Source: a virus
Lineage: Duplodnaviria > Caudoviricetes
Length of the DNA: 50,348 bases
Direction: 5' to 3' (one strand)
IMG/VR virus record: IMGVR_UViG_3300009537_000020
Location: 1 to 50,348 of that record
Positions 27,318 through 34,741 of this stretch are shown piece after piece. Position numbers and translations under genes: made by a program. The notes below the pieces were generated by a model. That model made no database searches and was not told the origin of the DNA. It saw only the letters and a program-made list of their open reading frames with translations. Each line of letters opens with the position of its first letter. Position 1 is the stretch's first letter.

Positions 27318-27798
27318 CCATTTCTCCTTGTCCTAAACCGATTCCAATATTAATTCCGTTACGCGGTTCCATTTCGTTCCGGGCCATATCTAAAATCTCT
27401 ATGAGCCTCCGTGTAACAGTAAGGAATTTATTAAAATTTTTATCCCCGCGTTCTAAATGGCAGCTATTAAGGATCCCGCGCAAACGCATCCGCATATTCT
27501 CCAAGTCATCTAAACGGACTTTCTTGTCCGCGACAGGTATATCCTTAACATTTTTAAGAAATTCTAAACGGTATTTTGAAATATGGCGTTGAGCTTCCGG
27601 CTGCTCTAAAACACGCTCTATGGTAGGAGTTGTGATATATGGATGCCCTGCGGTATTACCCGCTTTCTTATTATTATCTTTACGAAAGAGTTGATTATAC
27701 TTACGCATAATCTCCCGCTTCGCATAGCCTTCACCGGCTAGACGGTAAATAAGAGCATACTCTTCATCCGACAGCTTATCGAAAATAGATACAGGCAT
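27064..27798 (-). CDS. putative terminase small subunit
   Basis: N-terminal HTH-like segment, IPVADKKVRLDDL motif, C-terminal ELTDEQL; directly upstream of and overlapping terL. Confidence 0.65.
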   Translation of the reverse strand: MPVSIFDKLSDEEYALIYRLAGEGYAKREIMRKYNQLFRKDNNKKAGNTAGHPYITTPTIERVLEQPEAQRHISKYRLEFLKNVKDIPVADKKVRLDDLENMRMRLRGILNSCHLERGDKNFNKFLTVTRRLIEILDMARNEMEPRNGINIGIGLGQGEMGELTDEQLQAERDELIRKANLVIKRGNSAVDEFTEGDEKQDSEEPPEILLASPTKLRRKKLQKRDPKLSDIRQQKDNDKGLPSV

Positions 27799-27952
27799 CT
27801 TAATTAAAGACTAGCACTAATTCTAATAAATTGAAACATATTTTATAATTATTTTTTATCTTTGGAAATTTCACGTAAACTCGACACACGCATTCTGTGA
27901 GCAAGATCATCTAACTCTTGAACTTTTTTTAAAATATCAGCTATGAGAATTT

Positions 27953-28135
27953 TTAATTCTGAGATTTCGTCCATTTAGGAATACCTTCATGAAAAGTTAA
28001 AACATAAACACACCCAACAATATAAACCGCACAAATAATTTCAATTATATTTCTGTAATCGATTGAGAAAAACATCCCAACCGCGCACATTATAAAAAAT
28101 ATCCCTGGAATAAACCAACATAAAATAAAATTCAT
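27953..28135 (-). CDS. small two-TM membrane protein
   Basis: ATG at 28135 (MNFILCWFIPG...) with GGAGG RBS; two hydrophobic stretches. Confidence 0.5.
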   Translation of the reverse strand: MNFILCWFIPGIFFIMCAVGMFFSIDYRNIIEIICAVYIVGCVYVLTFHEGIPKWTKSQN

Positions 28136-28136
28136 T

Positions 28137-28391
28137 TTAAACCCTCCCATGTACAGGACATAAATATTTACCTTCAACCTTTGCACACCCGCAACTGAAT
28201 GTATCAAAAGAAGCTTTCTTTAACCCTTCCTTAAAGGCCTCTGAAGAAGCCGGTTTCTTCTCATAGTAATTTATCGGGATTAATTTTAAACAATCCTCAC
28301 CCCTATGCGTAATGATAACGGGCTCCCCTATCTGCATAAATGCCCACGTATTCCTGCAAAATAAGAACTTTGAAACGCGCCTTACTTCCAA
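28137..28391 (-). CDS. Phd/YefM-like domain fused to a small Cys/His motif
   Basis: GEPVIITHRGEDCLKLIP resembles Phd-family GE.V.ITR.G.PVA.LVP; C-terminal CGC...CPVH. Confidence 0.55.
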   Translation of the reverse strand: MEVRRVSKFLFCRNTWAFMQIGEPVIITHRGEDCLKLIPINYYEKKPASSEAFKEGLKKASFDTFSCGCAKVEGKYLCPVHGRV

Positions 28392-28525
28392 TCTGAATCG
28401 AACCTCCTCTCCAAATACTTCCAGATCTCCTGTCTAAGTGCCCCATACACTGAAATACACACCGCTACAGGCAATATGACCAGAATACACACTAAAACTT
28501 GTGCGAATAGCCTTATTTTACCCAT
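28382..28525 (-). CDS. 47-aa membrane peptide, probably leaderless
   Basis: Read manually: MGKIRLFAQVLVCILVILPVAVCISVYGALRQEIWKYLERRFDSDWK. The ATG is 6 nt below the predicted -10 and has no SD. Confidence 0.45.
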   Translation of the reverse strand: MGKIRLFAQVLVCILVILPVAVCISVYGALRQEIWKYLERRFDSDWK

Positions 28526-28530
28526 GAATA

Positions 28531-28559
28531 AGGATATAACATAGCTATGAAATAGTCAA
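28531..28559 (-). promoter_or_regulatory. sigma70-type promoter (leftward)
   Basis: TTGACT-17 nt-TATCCT on the minus strand, with an AT-rich upstream element. Confidence 0.55.
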
Positions 28560-29383
28560 GGGATTTTTTTAGATTTTAAGGGTACTTGGTGGTTTCACCC
28601 GGCTGTAGTTAACAATAACGGGAATCGATAGCTACACAGAGGTGTGGGGGAAGATATGTGAGTCACTCGTTGGGATATATGGTGGGGTTGGGGCGAGGGA
28701 CCCAATGGGGGATTTCGCTTTTTAGTATATGTAAAATACTGATACAAAATAACTTACAAATAATAATTAAAATAATTCTGATCGCATGGGGATCATACCA
28801 CATATAGATGTGTCCGTGAGGGCATGTATCCCGGCATGATAGGCATATCCATAACATACTGCTATCATTAGACATAGCAATTCTACTTCTGCTAATAATA
28901 GTTATGTTAACTCCGCAATAATTTGTTGTAAGTTCAACGTGCATGTGGGTTTAAATAAAACCACCCGGACACACCAGGACACGCCCCAGACGGCAGGCCA
29001 GATCAACAGCCATAATTTAATACCTAACCTAACTAATTAAGTAATGTAATAAATAATATATAACACATAAAGATAACATAACCAGTTCAGTTATGTATTC
29101 AGATATGAATAAAACACACAAACAACACACACAGCACATATCACAGCCAGAGCCCCGATCTCAAGTCAATACAACCCTATTTCCTGATCTTACCAATATA
29201 CCGCTGATATACCCCTGCAGCACTACCAAACAACGCACAGGATGGCCACAGACAAACGATCTCGTATCATATAGGGTCATGGTATGAATATATTAAAGCA
29301 AAGACCTAACAGACAGTATATTATTAAATAACTACTACCGGCTAACGCCGGATATAGCTTATTAATTATTTTATAATATACCC

Positions 29384-29420
29384 TTGACAGACACCCGGTC
29401 ATGTGTTAACATTGTTAACA
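29384..29420 (+). promoter_or_regulatory. sigma70-type early promoter with TGTTAACA operator-like palindromes
   Basis: TTGACA(29384)-17 nt-TAACAT with extended TG; TGTTAACA-T-TGTTAACA overlaps the -10/+1 region. Confidence 0.75.
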
Positions 29421-29497
29421 GATGGCACAGATAACAACATACATTATATAGGGAAAGGGTTACCCCGACGAGTTAACCCAAAAGGACAGGTGAAAAG

Positions 29498-29968
29498 ATG
29501 AGCACACGAACACAGATAGGATTTTACGAAAAAGATTCTGCATTAGAAAACCCGCATACGTTACTATATCGCCATAGTGACGGATACCCGGGCGACCCGG
29601 ACAAAAATGAGTATGGCGTGCTTACTGATCTGATTCCATTTTGCACCAACTTTATTAAAAACAGGGGCTTTGATATAGAATACATCGGAGCCAGGGCGTT
29701 ATGTTATCTGATCCATAAGCATACCGAAGATCTCCCGGGCCAAGCCGGCTGGAAAGACAAGATCTATCCATTCGGCGGATTCCTGTCTTATGGCATTTGC
29801 CGGCCGGGCGCGTTTCACGGTGATATTGAATATTATTACGCTGTTTATTGCGATCGAATCGATGTATATGAATGCGGATTTTTTGCCGAACAGCCGGGCG
29901 ATTGGGTTAAAATAAGCACTGTTACATCAAACGCTGATAAAACCTATAAATATTTGAGTTTAACATGA
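29498..29968 (+). CDS. early phage protein with HxDGYP motif
   Basis: MSTR...LYRHSDGYP...DIEYYY, a recurrent phage family of unknown function; first gene after the promoter. Confidence 0.7.
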   Translation: MSTRTQIGFYEKDSALENPHTLLYRHSDGYPGDPDKNEYGVLTDLIPFCTNFIKNRGFDIEYIGARALCYLIHKHTEDLPGQAGWKDKIYPFGGFLSYGICRPGAFHGDIEYYYAVYCDRIDVYECGFFAEQPGDWVKISTVTSNADKTYKYLSLT

Positions 29969-30051
29969 GCGCGCTGATCTTCGACATCATCTTACTCGCG
30001 GTCATATTTTATATAGAATTTCATTAATAATAACAAAGGACAGGTGAAATC

Positions 30052-30450
30052 ATGGAAGCAATAAAAGAGCAGTTAACTCCTCATAATTTATCACAATTCA
30101 CAGGAACAGAGCAATACTTCAAACATTGGACAAAAAAACTTGTCTATACAGACGGCGTCCGGTACATCGGGGCCAACGGCGCGTATTGGGTTATTGACCT
30201 GATCGCCAGTTACCAAAACGATGTCTTCACCCCAGCCAACCCCTTCCAATCCTGGAAAATCCGCCGGACGGATTCGGGCGGATTCATAGCCACGGCCACG
30301 GATGGAAACCAGCCGGATTATGCAGGGGCTAAAATCGATTACTTAGTTGTCCAAGATGGCGGGTATACCGATCTCCCGATAGATCTGGAGTTTTATCTTA
30401 TCGCGGATGAAACATTCAAAGCGGTTTTATTGTTACCAAGTGAATATTGA
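30052..30450 (+). CDS. DUF6876-like early protein
   Basis: LSQFTGTEQY...YTDGV....AYWVIDLIASYQ...LLLPSEY. Confidence 0.75.
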   Translation: MEAIKEQLTPHNLSQFTGTEQYFKHWTKKLVYTDGVRYIGANGAYWVIDLIASYQNDVFTPANPFQSWKIRRTDSGGFIATATDGNQPDYAGAKIDYLVVQDGGYTDLPIDLEFYLIADETFKAVLLLPSEY

Positions 30451-30605
30451 AAAGATAAAAAGTAAGGACCATGAACAGAAAAGACAAAGAAATACTCGGA
30501 GATTTAGGCGCGTTTATCGCGCTGATCGTTTTATTAATGGCTGTGTATCTTTTAACTTAAGGCGTAAGGCGCCGGCCTATGACAGGCGCTAAAAGGACGG
30601 GAAAG

Positions 30606-31031
30606 ATGAAATATTTTAAAGAAGGGCGAGATCGGCAGTATAAAGCATATTACGAATTATCAGAAGATGAAAAGAAGGTCTGGGATGACCGGGAAATAAC
30701 ACACATCAAGGTATCGCTTGAATACACAAAGGGCGGTATTAATTATTACTCCGGAGCGACAAATCCGCGGGGTTACCGGATAACAACAACCCCGGTCGCC
30801 TTGTCTGATCAATACGGCTATACAACCGAATCATATACGCTATTAGGAGATAGAAAAAACAGCGGCGGTTATGTGATGATCGAGCCGTCCAACAGGTATA
30901 ATGCCGGGCGATTGGCGCAGTTGGCCTATCGTTATGACGCTAAGGTTCCGGAGATAGCTAAGGCCGTAATAAAAGACTCGGTCGCGGAGCTTGTCACTTT
31001 AGTAAAAGACGCGGATCTGGCAGTTGTATAA
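30606..31031 (+). CDS. hypothetical early protein
   Basis: The ATG at 30606 has an AAAGGA RBS; contains Y.KGGINYYSG.TNPRGY. Confidence 0.65.
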   Translation: MKYFKEGRDRQYKAYYELSEDEKKVWDDREITHIKVSLEYTKGGINYYSGATNPRGYRITTTPVALSDQYGYTTESYTLLGDRKNSGGYVMIEPSNRYNAGRLAQLAYRYDAKVPEIAKAVIKDSVAELVTLVKDADLAVV

Positions 31032-31065
31032 TTAATATTAATCTTTATCTACAAGGAGTTATGTT

Positions 31066-31236
31066 ATGAAAGGATTGGCATGGTATTCAATTATTATTGT
31101 TAGCTTCTCAATTTTATCATTAATTATTGATGTTATGGCAGGGACATCAACAGACGTCTCCGTAGATCTTTGGGGGGCAGCTTTATATATTCCGATATTC
31201 CTGTATTTGGCTTTGAAAATTAAAGAACAGAATTAA
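31066..31236 (+). CDS. 56-aa two-TM membrane protein
   Basis: Read manually: MKGLAWYSIIIVSFSILSLIIDVMAG...GAALYIPIFLYLALKIKEQN. AAGGAG RBS. Confidence 0.55.
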   Translation: MKGLAWYSIIIVSFSILSLIIDVMAGTSTDVSVDLWGAALYIPIFLYLALKIKEQN

Positions 31237-31250
31237 TAAGGAGATTAAAG

Positions 31251-31547
31251 ATGCGGACATTGGTTGTCGGTGATATAGTTAAGAGCACCCGGGAGATCCT
31301 GGGCAATGAACCCGGGGCGCTCGGTTTTGTTTACGAAATGTATGACATTGGGACTCCCGAAGATCCATCGCCCGGAGTTTCGATTATATTTGAAAACGGC
31401 GAGTATGACGGCTTTTCACATCAAGAGCAGGACTTATATGTTACCCGGGTCGGCCGATGTGATGAATTGGCGGGATACAAATTTAAAAATGTTATGAAAG
31501 TATCGCAGGACTTCAGAGATGGAGTATTTGACCCGGCGTTTGCTTAA
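31251..31547 (+). CDS. SH3-like hypothetical protein
   Basis: VGDIV...G..G.V...GVSIIFENGEYDGFS; AAGGAG RBS. Confidence 0.65.
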   Translation: MRTLVVGDIVKSTREILGNEPGALGFVYEMYDIGTPEDPSPGVSIIFENGEYDGFSHQEQDLYVTRVGRCDELAGYKFKNVMKVSQDFRDGVFDPAFA

Positions 31548-31554
31548 ATAACCC

Positions 31555-31616
31555 TGCCCCGCGTCCCGGAGATCACCTGTCGCCGGGTTTTCCCTGGCCT
31601 GTCCAGGGCCGGGGCA
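31555..31616 (+). promoter_or_regulatory. GC-rich three-stem intergenic RNA structure
   Basis: TGCCCCG/CGGGGCA encloses CCCGG/CCGGG and CCCTGG/CCAGGG hairpins. Confidence 0.5.
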
Positions 31617-31634
31617 CAACAAAAGGAGTCGGCC

Positions 31635-31907
31635 ATGTTAGACTTTTTAAAAAGAAAATCCCCGGAAACAAAGAAAATAAAAAAGATCGATTTATTAAAA
31701 GAGTGGTGTTCAGGTGTTGGGGTGTTCAGTACGACCGATGTCAAACGTTGGGGATTAGATCACTTTTACAGTTCCGCTGACGTTCGTGTTAGAATAGATC
31801 TAAAGAATGAAGGGTTTGTCCGGCAGATACCGGATGATGAAGCCAGGGAGCGGCACCTGATAAAAGAGGGCAACAAAAACATCCGCTGGTACGAGATCGT
31901 CAAATGA
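31635..31907 (+). CDS. winged-helix-like hypothetical protein
   Basis: 90 aa, AAGGAG RBS; pattern compatible with wHTH (VRVRIDLKNEGFVRQI). Confidence 0.55.
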   Translation: MLDFLKRKSPETKKIKKIDLLKEWCSGVGVFSTTDVKRWGLDHFYSSADVRVRIDLKNEGFVRQIPDDEARERHLIKEGNKNIRWYEIVK

Positions 31908-32104
31908 CAACCGCTTTTTCAACAACCGTAAACTTCAATGCCGATGAATTAAAAAAACTAGATGATGAAATGTCTAAATCGGGAATGACAAGGCGATCAA
32001 CATATATAAAACACGCCCTGATCACATTTTGGAGGCAGCAACATGAAGCGAATCCTGAAAATAGTGACAGCTTTGGAGTTCGACCACAGCAAGAAAGCAC
32101 TTAG
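31904..32104 (+). CDS. ribbon-helix-helix (CopG/Arc-like) DNA-binding protein
   Basis: TTVNFNADELKKLD....SGMTRRSTYIKHAL fits RHH. Confidence 0.7.
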   Translation: MTTAFSTTVNFNADELKKLDDEMSKSGMTRRSTYIKHALITFWRQQHEANPENSDSFGVRPQQEST

Positions 32105-32306
32105 CGAAGCCATGAACGCCGATTATCATCGAGCGTTGGCCTTAGTGAGAAAGACAAAAAAATGCGGATCCGCGTCCAAAGTGATAGAGATGCTATTATT
32201 TGATAATGATGAAACGCTGCAAACGCGTGTCCTGGCCATCTTCATTGCCGGTTCGATGCAGGGCAGGACCCCGACAATTATCGTAAATAAACAAACCAGA
32301 GAATAG
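32043..32306 (+). CDS. hypothetical protein
   Basis: 87 aa, GGAGG RBS. Confidence 0.55.
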   Translation: MKRILKIVTALEFDHSKKALSEAMNADYHRALALVRKTKKCGSASKVIEMLLFDNDETLQTRVLAIFIAGSMQGRTPTIIVNKQTRE

Positions 32307-32315
32307 GAGAAAAAA

Positions 32316-32588
32316 ATGATCACACAACCCCACAAAGATTATTTATGCTTAATCCTTTTCCTTTTTACCTGTGCCCTGCTTCTTTGGGCGTGCCCGGCAC
32401 GCCCGGCATTCCCGGATGATATAAAAGACAAGGCCGTCCAGGAGGCCTTGGATTGCGCTGACCCTGATTTGCTTCCTGACACCCCGGGCGCTGATCTAAA
32501 AACCGCTTATTACCAGTTAAAAGAGTTAGCTAAAGAGTACCCGGGTGAGATCGATGTTAAAATTGTCTGTAAGAAAAAGGAGAAATAA
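32316..32588 (+). CDS. small exported/membrane-anchored protein
   Basis: Hydrophobic N-terminus, AGGAG RBS. Confidence 0.55.
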   Translation: MITQPHKDYLCLILFLFTCALLLWACPARPAFPDDIKDKAVQEALDCADPDLLPDTPGADLKTAYYQLKELAKEYPGEIDVKIVCKKKEK

Positions 32589-32794
32589 TGGGACCACACA
32601 TGAAGCGGATTATGGCCACGATGAAATTCCATAAAAAGAACGCTAAGTTTTTTAAAATGACCCCGAAAAATAAAAAAACAGAGGGTGAAAAGGATATCAC
32701 TTCGTATAAAATAGAACGGCGAATTATTGTGGACGAAAAATTAAGAAAAAGCAACTTCCCCAGAAGGTTCAGGGCTAGAAAGACAGGGGTTTAA
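32588..32794 (+). CDS. small basic protein
   Basis: 68 aa, TAATG coupling, AGGAG RBS. Confidence 0.5.
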   Translation: MGPHMKRIMATMKFHKKNAKFFKMTPKNKKTEGEKDITSYKIERRIIVDEKLRKSNFPRRFRARKTGV

Positions 32795-32936
32795 AATGAC
32801 AGAAAAATATCTTTACCCGAGTAAATTCTTTAATTGGCGCGGCTGGGATTTCATTAAATGGCCGTTCGCGTTCGCTATCCTTGCGGCCATCATCTGGATT
32901 ATCTGGGCAACGGCTACCGGCCAGAATCCTATATAA

Positions 32937-33362
32937 ATGATACACAAGCCCTGTTCAAAATGCGGGACATTAGATTACCCGAAATTTAAAAGAGTCCGCG
33001 ATCAAGGCCAAGGTAAGAAAACTTATTACAGCCGGCATTGCATCTTGTGCGAGCGCGAAGCGTACAAAATGCGATATGAACGCCTGCGCCTGGATCCGGA
33101 GAGATACAGAAAAGTCATCGAGTCCAATTCCCGCTACAATAAAAAGCACAAAGCCAAGCTAAAGAAATATTCACAAGCCTGGGAAAAAAGAAACGCGTCA
33201 AGAAGAAGGCAGCAGAAACGCGAGTATTATCTAACGCATAGGGATAAACTCATGGAGTACAGCCGGAATTGGAAAAAGAAAAATCTTAAACCTAAAAAGA
33301 AACAGACAGCCGAGCATCCATGGTGTGCTCTTAATAGATCGATAAGAAATCAAACAAAATAA
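32937..33362 (+). CDS. CxxC-CxxC zinc finger plus basic helix protein
   Basis: CSKC...CILC, then an R/K/Y-rich helix as found at the N-terminus of phage HNH proteins; no nuclease motif follows. Confidence 0.55.
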   Translation: MIHKPCSKCGTLDYPKFKRVRDQGQGKKTYYSRHCILCEREAYKMRYERLRLDPERYRKVIESNSRYNKKHKAKLKKYSQAWEKRNASRRRQQKREYYLTHRDKLMEYSRNWKKKNLKPKKKQTAEHPWCALNRSIRNQTK

Positions 33363-33369
33363 TAATTAT

Positions 33370-33666
33370 TTATGTTTTAGGAAAAACAATTCTATTCAGC
33401 GGTACATCCCCTTTTTGTTTCTCATCATATTTTACAATCTCCAGGACAATACCTTTCGGTAGCTTATATTCACTGACCTTATCCATGGTTTCCTTATCTT
33501 TGAACACATGGATCCAGACCCTGTGATGATGCGTATCAAACCCAAAAAAATCAAATAACGGTTTCGGGCTTGGGAATATCGAATACCCCCTGCTGGAATA
33601 ATAAGAACGGACCTTATTGTCTATCTTCCGGCTTTTTGTAATCGTTGAACTGGCTTTTGTTTTCAT
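33370..33666 (-). CDS. degenerate PD-(D/E)XK/Hjc-like protein
   Basis: ATG at 33666 with GGAG RBS; KVRSYYSSRGY...LFDFFG...VWIHV resembles the Hjc fold, but catalytic residues look altered. Confidence 0.4.
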   Translation of the reverse strand: MKTKASSTITKSRKIDNKVRSYYSSRGYSIFPSPKPLFDFFGFDTHHHRVWIHVFKDKETMDKVSEYKLPKGIVLEIVKYDEKQKGDVPLNRIVFPKT

Positions 33667-33964
33667 ATTTATTTTCTCCCTGGGTATGAACATCAGGTTG
33701 AGGCGCGACGCCTTCCGGGATATAAGTGACCGTCCTCTTTTCCAATTCTCCGAGGTATTCAACGATGTCCCGCTGGTACCGGTCAACCTTCTTTGCGTTA
33801 TCAATAACCAGGTCGATACGTTTTGTTATCTCAGACAACAAGCTCTGTGCCGTCTGTACGTCATTCTCGATATATTTCCCGTCGGGAGTCTTACGAACGA
33901 GTGTTTTTAGTATTTCCCTGTCGTTTATCCTCAAGGCCCACGCGTTTAAATGTTCTAAATTCAT
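33614..33964 (-). CDS. hypothetical protein
   Basis: 116 aa, AGGAG RBS. Confidence 0.6.
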   Translation of the reverse strand: MNLEHLNAWALRINDREILKTLVRKTPDGKYIENDVQTAQSLLSEITKRIDLVIDNAKKVDRYQRDIVEYLGELEKRTVTYIPEGVAPQPDVHTQGENKYENKSQFNDYKKPEDRQ

Positions 33965-34292
33965 AATCCATTTCTCCTTTTTTTATTAACTCATATATAA
34001 GCCGATGCACTTCATCGGGGTTTATGTTTAAGACGCTGCTATTTTTTAAATAATTTAAGAATCCGTTCTTTTCCCAGCTGCTCTTAAAAAAGCCATGCTG
34101 GAATTCGGATTCGCATTTTATCAAATACCCGGCAAGATCAGTTACAAGCTCATCCGTATTAAGCCCGGCAAAATACGGCGTATCTGTACCGCCGGTTTCA
34201 ATGATCGCCAACAGTTGGTACGTTTGATATACAGAAAACTTATACTTATGTGCAATCTGTATTGTCCTTTTGAGGTCGAGTAATTCTTGCAA
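33891..34292 (-). CDS. hypothetical protein
   Basis: 133 aa, AGGAGG RBS inside the groES-like gene. Confidence 0.55.
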   Translation of the reverse strand: MQELLDLKRTIQIAHKYKFSVYQTYQLLAIIETGGTDTPYFAGLNTDELVTDLAGYLIKCESEFQHGFFKSSWEKNGFLNYLKNSSVLNINPDEVHRLIYELIKKGEMDYEFRTFKRVGLEDKRQGNTKNTRS

Positions 34293-34524
34293 TGACCAGC
34301 TCCTCCTTTATAAACATTTTTTCTTCTCCGTTAACATTCGCTTTAACGATCATGTCCGGCTCGGCGATAACAATATCTCCAACCATTATCCCGACGGAGG
34401 CCATTGAGCTAATTAACTCTTGATCTTTATAAGTCTTAACAACCTCATACTCATTACAATCATCCCACGCGATATCGCTGCGCTGGACCTGCTTAACCTG
34501 AATGTACCCGTTAACTGGATCCAT
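34246..34524 (-). CDS. groES: divergent co-chaperonin GroES
   Basis: MDPVNGYIQVK / EVV / IMVGDIVI / VNGEEKMFIKEELVIA align with GroES IRPLHDRVIVK / EVL / VKVGDIVI / IDNEEVLIMSESDILA; located near groEL. Confidence 0.75.
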   Translation of the reverse strand: MDPVNGYIQVKQVQRSDIAWDDCNEYEVVKTYKDQELISSMASVGIMVGDIVIAEPDMIVKANVNGEEKMFIKEELVIARITRPQKDNTDCT

Positions 34525-34729
34525 AATTTTCTCCTTTGTCTTTAAGATTTATCTTTTCTGTTATTTTTTGGAACATAAGCTTCCAATCATTTCTTGTCCC
34601 ATTGAATTGATGAAAATATAACAAGGCATAAATATTCATACGAAGAGAATAAGGATAATTTCTTTTATCAAACTCTTTATCAAGCTGGAACATAAAATCA
34701 ACAAGATCGTTTACAACTGCATGCTCCAT
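34511..34729 (-). CDS. hypothetical 72-aa protein between groEL and groES
   Basis: ATG at 34729 with AAGGAG RBS. Confidence 0.55.
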   Translation of the reverse strand: MEHAVVNDLVDFMFQLDKEFDKRNYPYSLRMNIYALLYFHQFNGTRNDWKLMFQKITEKINLKDKGENYGSS

Positions 34730-34741
34730 AATTTTCTCCTT
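34520..34741. repeat. 17-bp direct repeat TCCATAATTTTCTCCTT at 34520-34536 and 34725-34741
   Basis: Exact copies; each is an RBS plus start codon (AAGGAGAAAATTATGGA). Confidence 0.85.

Noticed and set aside
28663-29287. ORFs 28663..28944(-) and 29093..29287(+)
   Set aside because: No SD, atypical composition, and they lie between divergent promoters; treated as non-coding.
32937-33362. HNH homing endonuclease
   Set aside because: Only the zinc-finger/basic helix part is present; there is no HNH or endonuclease VII catalytic motif before the stop.
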